A DNA stretch of 64,000 nucleotides, from NCBI RefSeq assembly GCF_009914755.1, contig NC_060929.1; one strand, given 5' to 3'. A program made the position numbers and the translations under genes. The notes below the pieces were generated by a model. It had not been told where the DNA came from, ran no database searches, and worked only from the letters and a program-made list of their open reading frames with translations. Of this stretch, positions 50,246-64,000 are shown in pieces. Source of the stretch: the human T2T-CHM13v2.0 reference genome, Homo sapiens. How positions within the stretch are numbered: position 1 is the stretch's first letter; every line of letters begins with the position of its first letter.

Positions 50246-53200
50246 GCGTCAAGATCAGTGTTCTTATTTTGCATTGTCCTGTAACTCAGTAGACACAGGC
50301 TTCCATATAAAGACTCAAAAGTACTTAGAAATAATATCTATGATTTTCCTTTAAGAATACATTAATAATTTTATCTATGTGTTCTTTTACTTATTCCAAA
50401 TATTTAGGAAAGTCTACAGTGTATCAGGTACTAGTGATTCCCAAGGGTTGAATTATCAACCTCCAAAGGGTTGAACAGCCAACACTGATATCCAAACAAA
50501 ACCAGTATCAGTGTTAATCAGCAATGGCAGATTGTATTTTTGTAGGAAGCTTATTTCAAGAGATGCCATAGATCTTTTTTATCACATACTACTAGATATG
50601 TTTCTTTGAATGCCCAGTATGTAATTATTAACTGGTTGAAAAAGATTTGGAGAGACCTACAGAGGTCACAGATGCCTTTGAAAGCCACTCCATAACTAAA
50701 CCTTGTCTAAACTTATGCCCAATATCTTTTTTCTGTATGTATATGCCTGTGGGAAATGTATTATTTGTTCATTGTGTATATTTAATTTTATTACCTGAAC
50801 AATATGTCAGCTAAAAATAATGAAATCAGTACAGAGTTGTGCCATTTAATTAAAATTACTATCAATGGCTTAATGAGAATCCTATAATATTTGGAGGTAG
50901 ATTTTTAATAGACCTATCGATTGGAAAGAGTAATAAATTGGCCATAATTGCTTTCAGTGAACAGAGCTTCCTATCAGGTATAGAAAGGGTTCTTTCATGA
51001 AACCAGCTGAAGTACTGGGATAAACCTCTTCAAATAAACTGACTTGTTAAGACAGTGGAAAACAAACTTTTCTCCTTAATCTACATTTTAATTACATTGT
51101 TTTTTAAAAAATCCATCTGAAAATGAGGGCCTGGGATTCTGAGTCTTTCATCAGTGAGAAGCAGTATTTTGATGGTTGACAGACTCTTTCAGCCTCTCTG
51201 CACATGTCAGGACTAAGGAGAAGCTGTATTTCTTTATTGCAAATCTTTTTTCTTTCTTTTGCTGAGGAAATAAAATCATCCACATACTGTATTTAAGAAT
51301 ATTAGAAGAAATTTTATCTGTTGTGCCTAACTTGCTTGGGAGACTTTGAATACAGTAACGTTAGTCTTGTTAGAAATATTTATTGAACACGATACTTGTT
51401 AAAACTGTTCTGTGGCAACTTCTTCTGATCCCCAAAAATCACTTTTAGGTCATTCAAGTAAAATGGTAGAAAGAGCTCTGAAGAAAGAAGGGTTAAGTAG
51501 ATTCTCATAATATTTTGTTATTTTGAATTATGAATGTACCAAATAACTTGGCCTTATTAACTTTTAGGAGATCTCAGCGTTTGTAAAAAAGGCTATATTT
51601 TTTCTTAGGTTGCCCTTGTACTAAAGCTTTAGAACCTGTATGGTATTTTTAAATATTTTTCTGATAATACATTATTTATTATTACTCTTTTTAAGTGGGA
51701 GGACCTTCTATGGCCACCCTCCATCCTACTAGTAAAGAAAAAGGCTGCTGTTGTGCTGGCCAAGCCTGGGGCTTTAAACTGGCCACTCAGGGGACAGGTT
51801 AGCTATTGTTTTGTAGTCTGACCACTTTTTGTTTCTTTCAGTGCCCTTTTCCTTTCTGGAAAGCCTGATAAGACTCAGACTCACACAAGTTCAGTATTCT
51901 CAACAGATGCTTAAGCCCAAAAACATGCTGGTAAGAGAAGATGGCCACAGAACCATTTAAGTTAGCATTTCAGTGTGAACCCACGATCTCTGTACTCATT
52001 AGGGAAATGTTCCATATCTTGACTGTTCTGGTGCCTAAATAGGATCCCAGATTCATCAAAACTCATCAAAAAGCACATGTAAAGTGTTGCAGCTCATTAC
52101 ATGTGAGGTTAACCACAGTGGCGTTCACTGCAGTCTTCGGAGGAGCGCAGTTCTGAAGGCTGCTGGCCTTTGACCTGGCCCTGTGGAAGGCCCTTCCGGG
52201 CTCTCTACTTAGGTCAAAGAAAAGGCTTGAGCATCAGTTGTGCAGACTCAACTTGTGTTAGGAAAGTCTGGGCCTTCTTTTCAGGCTTCCCAGAAAGGAA
52301 AAAGAAAGAAAAATAAGGAAAAAGTGGGCAGACTACAAAACAATAGCTCACCTGCCCCGTTGCTTCCAGATGGTCTTAAATTAAACTAAAGTCAGTTGGG
52401 CCTGGGTAATGATTTTGAGAGAAGCATCACCAAGACCCTGCAGACAAGCATGACATTGCTGCAGATAAGCTGAGGGGACAGAAGCAGGGAGGGTATGGTG
52501 GCTATTAACTGTGGGGTGCCCCAGGGCTTGGCGAGATGGCCTTGCTCCCACTGTGCATGAACCCTGGGGTCAGGGACTGAAGGTTTCTCTCTCCCCAGCC
52601 AGTGCTTGGGAGCACCCAATCCTCTGATTCAATCCAGAGCACCTTACCCAGGGTGTTCCCAGTGGGACACAGAGCTAGAAGCACGAGAGCAACCTCTATT
52701 TCCTTCTCAATATGGAAAGGAAAATGTGAGGGAATAGCAAACATGTTAAGGTTAGAAAAATGAGTTCTTGCTGGAGTTACTTTGAAAATCCCACTATGGC
52801 ATGAATTATTTAAGAAACATGGAAGGCTTAGAAGTTATACAAGTGAAAATCAGCCATTCAAGCATCTTGTGTCTTTAAAAAAAGGGCATTGGAGAAAAAG
52901 GGCAGGTTTAAATAAACAGACAAGCAAATAAATAGGAATTTGTTTATTAGTGATTTCACTTCTGAAAGTAGTTATGCCAAGGCCGACCAAAGAAAAGAAA
53001 ATGATTAGTCAAATGTTTTCAAATGTGCTTAAATTTAGATTTTCTTTCAAACGAAAAGTAAGTAAATAAAGGGATTTGTCTTGATTTTTCAATAGAGGCA
53101 TTAGTTATTCTGAGCACTTTTGTCCCACATGAGAGAACTTGAGGGTTCCAATGACATTCTAAACAGTAAACATACTTTTGCATTTTAACCATAATGGGGA

Positions 53201-54661
53201 CAATATGCTATTCTTAATAAAGAAGTGGTTATTTGGGAGCTGGAAGTACATATTTGATTTTAATTATAATCAACAAATGTTTACTTGCCATAAATAAGAG
53301 TCTAGGTGGGGTTTGGTTGTGCATTTCCATATTGTGGTTCTTTTAAAAAAATATATGTACTAAGCTCTTTGTAAGCTCATGAGACTGCAGATTTGATCAT
53401 TTAAGGCCAAAAAGCATGTCTGTTCAGTGGCCAGATCAACTTCCTTTAATCATCAAGTTTTTTGTGTTGTTTTGTTTTAAGTTCCAGTAAAGAGGGTCTT
53501 GGGTCAAATCTGCCTTGTTTTGCAGGTCAAGTGTCAGGCTCTGGCTAGAAATTCAAGCCTGGAGCACATGGTTCATGATAGATTTCATAGGATCTAGGAA
53601 CCTTCTGAAATTCTGTGAAATATTTTATATATATGCAAATGTCTCAACAGTTTTTGTTAGCTATTCATAGAGGTAAGTGACTATCCCCAGAATGTGAAGG
53701 AACGGGAACTATGCTGTTTCTTTGCAACCTGGTCCTCTCTCAGCTTCCCAGGTGTCATCCAGAATGTATCCTTTCCACCTCCCCACAAGATGCTTGAAGG
53801 AAGGAAGTGGCAGTTTCATAAGCAGTTCATCCTCAGATCAAAAGTCATGCCTTCTTTATGCCATGAATACGTGAGTGGGTGTGCACTGAATTCATCAATG
53901 TCCCTTTCTATATTTGAACTGTTTTAAGATACATCTTGACAATCATGTATCCAACTTACTGTTATATGATGGCCCTGTTGAATCTGCCTGTGGCCTACAA
54001 GGATCTCTTCCTTGGAAAGTTTCATCGTACAGGGAGTTAGATGCATCTTGCACTCAGTTACCGCCATTCATTCGTTCAGCAAACATCCATTGAACGCCTG
54101 CTACATATTTGAATGTTTGCTTTCAAGAACCTATTCTAGTAAAAATTATGAAAACTTAAGTGGCACTTGATATTTATGTTTTGCAATATTTGTGCTTGTT
54201 TGTGTTTTCGGGTAGGAATGGATTTTTGGCAAATTGTTCAGATCTTTAGCTTTTACACTGGTGAAAGTTAATTCATGGTATAATTTCCGTTGCTTCACTC
54301 TAGATAGAACACAAGTTTTATTTGGTAACTGTTTGTATGTTACAGATATTTATTTAAATATAATTGTATATGTCCATAGTCAAAAAGCACTTTAAATACA
54401 CAGGGAGCTAATTTGAAAGATGAACTTAAAATGAGAGGGTTAGGTACTTTCGAAGCATGTATAATTTATTTTAGGAATATGACATTCCCATAACTTTAGG
54501 CTCCATTTGTATCTTATAAATTTATGTGGTTGCACCATTTGCATGTATCTTTTCATGTATCTTTTTGAATTATACATATGTTTTCATAATGAGACTTAAT
54601 TTTAAATTCTAATTCAACTCAGGAAAATCAGTGATCTCCCTTCTTTTACAGACACATGTGA

Positions 54662-54664
<3 letters not shown>

Positions 54665-54694
<30 letters not shown>
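54665..54694 (+). repeat. (CA)15 microsatellite
   Basis: Seen directly. Confidence 0.97.
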
Positions 54695-54698
<4 letters not shown>

Positions 54699-54771
54699 TG
54701 ATTCTTGGGTGATAAACAATAAAATTCAAATGAATATAACAAAAACTTTGCATTGTATCTCATGTGATAGA

Positions 54772-54907
54772 CCTGTACTGCACAATATGGTAGCCACTAG
54801 ACAAATGTGGCTATTTAAAATTAAATTTAAGATAAAAATGATAAAAAACTTAGTTTCACAACCACATATACCACTTATTTGTGGTGAGCAGCTACCATAT
54901 TGGGTGC
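54772..54907. mobile_element. MER3-like hAT-Charlie element, partly deleted
   Basis: Subterminal inverted repeats caatatggtagc / gctaccatattg, and atgtggctatttaaaattaaatt. Confidence 0.8.
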
Positions 54908-55416
54908 TTGAAGAATATAATTTATGTAACCCACCGCCAATAGCTATGGATTTAGGTAATTCCCACTATTTCAATATTCTAAATAATTCTGTAATGAACA
55001 ACCTTATATATAAATTTTTACACATATTGATTGCATCTCCTTTGTGTGCAGTAATTCATTCATCAGTCAGTGAATAGTGTAGAGAAGTCATTATGTCCCT
55101 AGAACTGCTCTACAGGAATAAATAAAAAATAGTTGCAGATCTCTGGTACCATGAGACTTATGTTCTAGAAAATAAACAACAGAGTAAAAATGAATGAATG
55201 AATGAACAGTAAATTTGTGAATAAATTTGCATCACAAGAGTTCTTACTAGGTATGTATTAGTTGAGCCATTATTGTGATTGTAAACATCTGTTCTCAGTA
55301 TGTCAAGCTTTAATTCTGCCAGTGGTAACTTTTTTCATACGGGAAGTTTCAACATTATATGTTTTGAGTTTAAAATATTTTCCATTATGGCTTATGCTTT
55401 TGAGGGAACTTTAGAC

Positions 55417-55757
55417 CAGGGGTCCCTGTCCCCAGGGCTGCAGACTGGTACTGGTCCATGGCCTGTTAGAAACTGGGGCGCACGGCATCAGGTGGGCAGC
55501 AGGCGAGCTCGCTTTACTGTCTAAGCTCCGCCTCTGTTACAACAGCAGCAGCATGAAATTCTCATAAGAGCGGGAACCCTATTATGAACTGCACGTGCAA
55601 GGGATCTAGGTTGTGTGCTCCTTGTGATAATCCAATACCTGATATTCTGAGGTGGAACAGTTTCATCCCGAAACCAACCCCCCTGCCCCACCTCATCCGT
55701 GGAAAAATTGTCTTCCACAAAACCGGCCTCTGGTGTCAAAAAGAGTGGGTTCTGCTG
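55417..55757 (+). mobile_element. MER1B hAT-Charlie element, full length
   Basis: caggggtccc ... ctgctg ends, 341 bp, 8-bp TSD ctttagac / cattagac. Confidence 0.9.
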
Positions 55758-56174
55758 CATTAGACCCAAAGAGCACCAACTACAAAGAAACGATAGATGA
55801 TTTTAGTTCACTAAAATTAAAAATTTTATTTGTGCAAAGATGCCATTTTAAAAGTAAAGAAACAATCAGGACCAGGAGAGGATGTTTTCAATGAATACAG
55901 CTAATAAAAGTTATCTCACCTATAAATCATGAAGCAAAAACAGTTTATATATATATATAAACTTTATAGATATATATAATAATCACACATATTATATATG
56001 TGATATATATAACTCAAGTGAGTGTATCTAAATGACAAGTAAACAGGGGAAGAGATGCTCAACCTCCCTAGTAATCAGAAGAATGCAAATTGAATAACGA
56101 GGAGGTATAATTGCACAACCATGGGACTGGTAACATGTTAAAGTCTGACATACCTGAAATAGCCTCACAACATG

Positions 56175-58590
56175 TTTGTTTGTTTTTTAGCTTTTATTTT
56201 AAGTTCAGGGGTACATGTGTAGGTTTGTTATATAGGTAAACTTGTGTCCTGGGGTTTTGTTGTACAGATTATTTCATCACCCAGGTATTAAGCCTAGTAC
56301 CCATTAGTTATTTATCCTAATCCTCTCCCTCCTCCCACCCTCCATCCTCCAATAGGCCCCAGAGTGTGTTCCCCTCTTTGTGTCCATGTGTTCTCATTTA
56401 GCTCTCAGTTATAAGTGAGAGCATGAGGTATTTGTTTTTCTGTTCTTGTGTTAGTTTGCTAAGGATAATGGCCTCCAGCTTCATCCCTGTCCCTGCATAA
56501 GGACACGATCTTGTTCTTTTTATGGCTGCATAGTATTCCACAATGTACCACATTTTCTTTATCCAGTCTACCACTGGTGGGCGTTTAGGTTGATTCCATG
56601 TTGTTGCTATTGTGAATAGTGCTGCAATGAACATACATGTGCATCTGTCCTCATAGTAGAATGATTTCTATTCCTTTGAGTATATACCCAGATACCCAGT
56701 AATGGGATTGCTAGGTCGAATGGTATGTCTGTATTTAGGTCTTTGCAGAATTGCCACATTGTCTTGGTTGAACTCATTTACACTCTCACCAACTGTGTAT
56801 AAGCATTCCTTTTTCTCCACAACCTCACCAGCATCTGTTGTTTTGTTTTGTTTTGTTTTTGGTTTTATTTTTTTTTTTTTGAGATGGAGTCTCACTCTGT
56901 TGCCCAGGCTGTAGTGCAGTGGCACAATCTCGGCTCACTGCAACCCCTGCCACCCGGGTTTAAGTGATTCTTGTGCCTCAACCTCCACAGTAGCTGGGGT
57001 TACAGGTGCACGCCACCACGCCTGGCTAATTTTTGTGCTTTTAGTAGAGATGGGGTTTTGCCATGTTGCCGAGGCTGGTCTGGAGCTCCAGGGATCAAGG
57101 AGTCCACCTGCCTCATTCTCCCAAAGTGCTGGGATTACAGGCACTTTGTGCCTGGCCTGTTTGTTTTTACTTTTTAATAATAGCCATTCTAACTAGTGTG
57201 AGATGGTATCTTATTGTGGTTTTGATTTGCATTTCTCTAATATCAGTGATGTTGAGCTTTTTATTATATGATTGTTGGCTGCATGTATATCTTCTTTCGA
57301 AAAGGGTATGTTCATGTCCTTTGCCCACTTTTTAATGGGGTGGTTTGTTTTTTTCTTGTACATTTGTTTAAGTTCCTTATAGATGCTGGATATTAGACCT
57401 CTGTTGGATGCGTAGTTTGCAGAAATTTTCTCCCATTCTATAGTTTGTTTTCTCCATTGATAGTTTCTTCTGCTATGGAAAAGCTTTTAAGTTTAATTAG
57501 ATTCCATTTTTCAATTTTTGCTTCTGTTGTGATTGCTTTTGGCATCATCATCATGAAATATTTGCCAGTTTCTATGGCCAGAATGGTATTGCCTAGGTAG
57601 TCTTCCAGGGTTTTCATAGTTTTGGGTTTTACATTTAAGTCTTTAATGCATCTTGAGTTAATTTTTTTGTGTGGTGTAATGAAGGGGTCTGGTTTCAATC
57701 TTCTGCATATGGCTAGCCAGTTATCCTAGCACCATTTATGGAATCCTTTCCCCATTGCTTGTTTTTGTCAGGTTTGTCAAAGATCAGACAGTTGCAGGTG
57801 TGTGGTCTTATTTCAGGTTTTCTATTCTGTTCCATTGGTCTGTGTGTCTGTTTTTGTACCAGTACCATGCTGTTTTGATTACTGTAGCCCTGTAGTATAG
57901 CTTGAAGTCAGGTAACATGATGCCTCCAGCTTTGTTATTTTTGGTTAGGATTGCTTTGGCTATTTGGGCTCTTTTGGGGTTTAATATGAATTTTAAAACA
58001 GTTATTTCTAGTTTTGTGAAGAATCTCAGTGGTAGTTTAACTGGAATAGCAATGAATCTATAAATGGCTTTAGGCAATATGGCCATTTTAATGATATTGA
58101 TTCTTCCTATCCAGAAGCATGGAATGTTTTTCCATTTGTTTGTGTCATCTCTGATTTCTTTGAGCAGTATTTTGTAGTTCTCCTTGTAGAGATCTTTCAC
58201 CTTCATAGTTAGCTGTATTCCTAGGTATTTTATACTTTTTGTGGCAATTGTGAATGGGAGTTTGTTTGTGATTTGGCTCTCAGCTTGACCGTTGTTGGTG
58301 TATAGGAATGCTAGTGACTATTGCACATTGATTTTATATCCTGAGACTTTGCTGAAGTTATTTATCAGCTTAAGAAGCTTTTGGACTGAGTCTGTGGGGT
58401 TTCCTAGATATACGATCATGTTGTCTGCAAACAGGGATAGTTTGAATTCCCCTCTTCCTATTTGGATGCCTTTATTTCTTTCTGTTGCCTGTTAGCCCTG
58501 GCCAGAGCTTCTAATGCTATGTTGAATAGAAGTGGTGAGAGAGGACATCCTTTTCTTGTGCTGATTTTCAAGGGGAATGCTTCTGGCTTT
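56175..58590 (-). mobile_element. L1PA (about PA13-15-like), 5'-truncated, about 2.1 kb, with disrupted ORF2 remnants
   Basis: ORF-track peptides [27 protein letters not shown]...[35 protein letters not shown] and MFIAALFTIATTWNQPK are LINE-1 ORF2p. 3' UTR lies at about 56190-56420. TSD-like ctcacaacatg / ctcacatatg. Confidence 0.95.
56845..57157 (-). mobile_element. Alu (S/J-like) inserted into the L1PA
   Basis: Dimeric Alu; L1 sequence resumes on both sides. TSD-like tgttgtttt / tgtttgtttt. Confidence 0.92.
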
Positions 58591-59438
58591 CTCACATATG
58601 AAGAAGCAAGAAAGACCATACTGCTGTTGGGGGTGAAAATGAAAAAGCCTACTTCAGAAAGATAAAACTTTTATGAAAATTTGGAGCAGAAATGGCACTT
58701 GCCTGTTATACCTGGAAAGAGTAGTGAGTTCTCCCAAGGAGATAGATTTTAGAATATTTATTTTAGCATCATTTATGATAGTAAACTACTGATAACAACT
58801 AATAAGTGTCCATTGATAGGAAAGTGAATAATCAGTTGTGGTTTATTCAAAGACAAGAGCATTAATCAGAGATTGATGCCATGAACTAGACATATGTGCA
58901 CTAACAGAGACAGTTATTCAAAACAGCAAATTGAGTAAAAATAGCCCATTGCTGGAAACTGGGTAAATGTCAAGATGCCATTTTGTAAAATTAAGACATA
59001 GATAACAGCCCTGCATTTTGTTTATGATGAGATCCACATAAGGTGAATGTGTGGAAAGAGACTGGATGCCAGTTGCCTCTCTGGAGAGAGGGACGCTAGG
59101 TGTTGCTCACTAACTGGTGTGGTACTGTGTGGTGTGTCATTTTTAAAGATGGTATGATAGCAAGTTTAAGGTGTTTGCTATATTATTTTTTCTGTACTCT
59201 TCTGCCTTTTGAATGTTTTCAATTTTAAAAAGCAATTAAAAAATAGTAACAAATTTTCTAGTGCAAGGGAGAAAATGCCACTTAAAATTGTCTTTATCTC
59301 ATATCTACCTGGAAATAACTGCCTGCATTTTTTTAATAGTGTTGACCCTTTATGCACATGTCTGATATTCATGTATCATTTTGAGCTTTATTTTTTTGAA
59401 ATTTGTGGTCTTGAGACTTCTGCACCAGCCTGAATTGA

Positions 59439-59828
<390 letters not shown>

Positions 59829-60024
59829 TAGTTTGTTTTCATTGTTGATATTTTGTTCCCACTCACTTTTAACCGTTCATAAGGAAAGGTTACGATTATG
59901 ATTAAGCATGACCTGAAGACACATGCTTGCATGCTTGGGCTCCTTCTGAAACTTGATACTATTTAGTGATTTTCATTTTTTATGTTTCTATTTTTTCAAT
60001 GCTTTTAACAGATATATTCAAATA

Positions 60025-60361
60025 TTGTCATGAATTGTTTGATGGCAGGGATGTGTTCTGAGAAATGCATCGTTAGGCAATTTCATCATTGTGCGAACAT
60101 CATAGCATGTACTTACGCAAACCTAAATGGTGTAGCCTGCTACACACCTAGGCTGTGTGGCACAGCTTCTTGCTCCTAGGCTATAAACATATGCAGCATG
60201 TTGCTGTTCTGAATGCTGTAGGCAGTTGTAACACAATGGTAAGCGTTTGGGTATCTAATCATAGAAAAGGTACAATAAAATACAATATTATACTTTTATG
60301 AAACTATCATTGTATATGTGATTTGTCATTGATTGAAACTTTCTTATGCAGTGCATGGCCG
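60025..60361 (+). mobile_element. Tigger3a-like (TcMar-Tigger) element
   Basis: gttctgagaaatgcatcgttaggcaatttcatcattgtgcgaacatcatag...ctacacacctaggct, with TA at both ends. Confidence 0.85.
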
Positions 60362-60689
60362 TATAAAATGTGAACTTTTAGAATGTGAAGACAAATAATA
60401 AATATGTATCTTTGCAGTAATGTTAAAATGTATAAATAATTTCCGAATGCACATATTTGCAAGGTGTTGAAACATGGTTATTGTAACATAATGGAGAATG
60501 CCTGCTTTAGCTATTACACAAGTTATATGTTTGGCATCTAAGAAGATACACGTCACTGTGTTGGGGACTCATTCTGTTTTAGGAATAAACTGTTCATATT
60601 GTTGCCATGATGCCATTGCAGCTGCCTTTATGCCTTGCTGTCTTCCCTCTAACCAGACGGAATTATTCAGATTCTCCAAGTTGCCAATT

Positions 60690-61265
60690 TGGTTAGGTCT
60701 AAGCTAATTTTGATTCTCTATAATACTAAGTCTTCACACTCAGGAATATCGTATTGCACATTTAGCATTGTATTTGCATGATGTTTTCTGTATACATCCA
60801 TAGACTCCGTAGTATGTATGTAGGCCTTATAGATTTCTTGTTAATTTCTGAGTGTTTTATATAGTTTTGTTGATTCCATGAATGGGTTTATAATTTTCTA
60901 AAATTATGTTTTTAACTAATTATTGTTGATATATATATAAGAAAAACTCTCAATTTTAATATTTGGCGCTTCTAACAAGTCAACTAGTTGAACTTTTAGT
61001 AATCCTATTGTTTTTGTTCTGTTTTTTCCACATAGATGAACATGTCTGTGAATTATGACATGGTATAATTATATTATCATTTATAATAATTTTTAATATT
61101 TATATCCCTGATTTTATTTTTTTATTTACATCTATGTATCTGACGAAGTTAAACTCTGGGAAAGATATTAAATAAAAGTGGTGAGAGTGAGCATCCTTAT
61201 AGCATCTGATAATAATGGAAGGGACTCTCTTGCTTATCTTCAGTATGATCTTTGTAGAATTTTAT
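60690..61265 (-). mobile_element. Degraded L1M fragment
   Basis: ctaattattgttgatatatatataagaaaa...tattaaataaaagtggtgagagtgagcatcctt. Confidence 0.6.
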
Positions 61266-61418
61266 TTACCATGACAACTCATTGTTTAGGGCCATTGTTG
61301 TACAAAATGACTAGTGTCATTTTCTGTGCTGAACAGGAAATGTAGTAGTCCTTTATATTTCACTTAAAGAGTTTACACAAGTAATTTCTTTGAATCATTT
61401 CCATCCTGGAGCATGCGT

Positions 61419-61474
61419 GCACAGACACACACGTGTACACAGACAGACAGACATAGACAGACACACACACACAC
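61419..61474 (+). repeat. Imperfect (CA)/(GACA) repeat
   Basis: cacagacacacacgtgtacacagacagacagacatagacagacacacacacacac. Confidence 0.85.
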
Positions 61475-63199
61475 GGCCTTAGTAGTGGGAAACAGACGAC
61501 ATTGATGAACACAGGTTTCAAAATAGCAAAGGCTGTTAGTTTAGCTAGAAACTACAAGACTTTAAGTTTTTACCAAATGCTGTCCTTTTCTTTATTCTCA
61601 GTGGGTTTATGAACTGCTTTCTAGACTGAGCCTGGGACTCCATTAATAAGTCATCAGATTTTATTTTCTCTATTTGCTAGAACCACCTTTGTAGGGCAAT
61701 ATTAGGTTCTCATTTCAGTTAAGGAAAATGGCAAGACATTCTTATTAACTACATTTCCTTTATTTAATTTTTTTAAATTCTGTATCTCAGGTTTAATCAG
61801 CTTATTTTGCTATCCTGCTCATTGTTTTAAATGCATTATATTGGTCTTGTTCTCATTCCTGACATCTTGGAGACAAATTTAGTGTTTGATCCCACCATAT
61901 TTGGGATCTACTTATGAAAGAGGTGATCTCTGATATTTATTTTTAAGAAAGTAGAGTTAAAAGGAATTAGCAGGTTACATGGTTTTAATGGAACCAACAT
62001 GAACTTGCTATGTATGAATACCACTCCATCTGTATCCTCTGTCTTTGTAACTGAGGGAAATCCTTAATTTTCCACAGTCCTCTAGGGTGCAGCAATATAG
62101 AACTTCACAGCAGGTGAGTAAAAAATAAAATATGCAGAGGAAACTAGCGATGAGCATACCCTGCAAAAGAAAGCTGCTGATCATACCCTGAGGCGCCCCT
62201 GAGTCCACAGAAGCTTCTGTGAGCCTGGCAGGCTCTGGAGACTTGGGCTATGAAGGTCTGCTCCAAAGGCACTCGTTTTTTTGGAATCACTTGCTTCATT
62301 CTTAAGATCAAAATGTGCAGGCTGCATGTATTGCAGTCTTCCTGATAACACATTCATAGCAGTCCTAATCATGAATATGGAGTAGAGTGGAACTTCATAT
62401 ATAGAGCTTTGTATTACCTAGACAAAAAGTAGCATATCCCTGTGAGGGTGCACCTTGGGTCCTCCTGAAAAGCACAAGGCAGAGGTATCGTATATGAGAA
62501 CACAGGAACTTTATAGCTTTTTAAGGCATCCAGTGCTTACTTTGCAAGTTCCTGGCCTCAATTTTACTTTCTATCTTAAAACGTATTGCTGTTGGTTCTC
62601 TTCATGTCCTAAGGTTTAGAGGAGTAAGGACACTTAGTAACCTTGCAGCACCTTACCCGTTGTTTATGTTCCATAAATATTGATTGTGTGAGTGCATGAT
62701 CAAATAGGCTGGGTACTACAGTTGATTTAAACAAAGACTCCTCTTGCTTTTATCATAAGTACCATCCCAATCACTTCCCATATGGAAATTGCACATTTAG
62801 ACTAATTCTGGTCACATGCAATGCTTATGTCCTTATTCTTATTTGATTTGCAAGTGAATTTAATTAAACAGATCATTTGTTTGAAGATTAATTCTGTAAA
62901 ACATAGTCTTTGTAAATATATTCAAGACCTTCTTTTCTCCCCTTGAACATGGTAGCTTTAGTTACTTAGATAACACCTTTCCCCCAAAAGCAGTTAACTA
63001 GGGTTGGTTATCTGTTGGTCTAGTGCTATTTCTTCCTATTCTGTGAGCCACCATAGCCATGAAGCATGAGGACACATTTATATGCTAGGTTAAGGAGATG
63101 GCAAATTTAATATTCTCTTCTTATTGTAATGAGGGATGTATTATGATATGAGTAATGTACTTACTGAGAAGTTCAAGGGATTCATTGTGATCTAAGTGC

Positions 63200-63370
63200 A
63201 AACAATAACCATGGCCTACTACAGGGTTTCCGGCATGCTGGGCACTTTTCTTAGCCCTCTGCATATATTAACCCATTCACTCCTCACAGGAGGCCTGGGA
63301 GGCATGGAGAGGGTGACTGATTCCTTCAAGGCCACCCAGCTGGCGGGTATTAAAACTGGAAGCCCATCCT
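63200..63370 (-). mobile_element. MIR fragment
   Basis: ggcatgctgggcactttt...attaacccattcactcctcac...caaggccacccagctgg. Confidence 0.65.
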
Positions 63371-64000
63371 GTGTGCCATGTCCCTGCCTGTGATCTTCAT
63401 AGTTGCATCAGCCTACTTCTGCAAACTCAAATCGCTCTCTGCTCATAGTTATTGTTTCTCTAGATTATGAACTAGTTTTTCCTGCACCTGAAATGCTCAT
63501 CCTGCCACCCTGCCTGCTAAGGGCCTTGGGCTTTGAGGAAAGGTACATTATAAATCACTTGGGTCCCGGGCACCGCCACTACCTAACAGAGCTCAAATAA
63601 AGCATAGCGAATGTCACCCCAAAGCAAGCGGAAGGTTTTGTTCTGTTCTTGAGGATTCACAAAAATAACAGCCTAATGGTATACAAGACTATTACCAAGA
63701 GATAATGAAAAAGCATCATCGGAGACAACAGATCGTGGTGAATTCAAGAACACACATCATTACATAAAGGTTTCTCTAAGGTTTATGCAAATTGCCTAGC
63801 AGTCATGCACATGTAACAGTCATCACTTTATTTATCACTTAACAAATAGAAATGCTGAAGCAGGTGGATGTGAACTTGCTCATCTCCAGGCCACTCAGAG
63901 CCTGGAATAAACGCACATGGGCTGTAAAGCCCTCATGCCGGTGGCCCAGCTCACATGCTGGACTAGAAGGAAAAGTTTCTCCTTTCTCCTTGCTGGGCTC

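Larger units (their letters stand above)
55766..59080 (+). mobile_element. Old L1ME-like element split by the younger antisense L1PA
   Basis: gaagagatgctcaacctccctagtaatcagaagaatgcaaatt precedes the L1PA, and aagtgtccattgataggaaagtgaataa follows it. Confidence 0.65.

Noticed and set aside
56398-58206. ORFs of 132, 86 and 78 aa with real protein similarity
   Set aside because: They are fragments of LINE-1 ORF2p in a truncated, frameshifted, Alu-interrupted copy, so not a functional gene.

Overview
Primate, very probably human, genomic DNA: AT-rich, CpG-poor and dense in repeats. The only coding sequence I can support is one 162-nt internal exon at 19571-19732 (+). Its translation matches, from recall, the first transmembrane cluster of adenylate cyclase type 2 (ADCY2, probably exon 3). 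Everything else appears to be the two large flanking introns. These hold Alu, L1, L2, MIR and CR1/L3 fragments, MaLR/ERVL LTRs, hAT and Tc1/mariner DNA-transposon relics, and simple repeats. Nearly all ORFs in the supplied track are repeat-derived or chance ORFs. I see no evidence for a new gene family or multi-gene system. The best leads are: a candidate poison exon next to a (UG)10 tract (24376-24432); a closely spaced inverted pair of young Alus, one AluYa5-like; circRNA/skipping potential of the symmetric exon; a micro template-switch scar at about 29490-29531; a shortened MADE1 hairpin; and a motif-dense candidate enhancer at about 16.1-16.5 kb. Gene and repeat-family names come from recalled consensus sequences, not from a search. 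Boundaries of old repeats are approximate.
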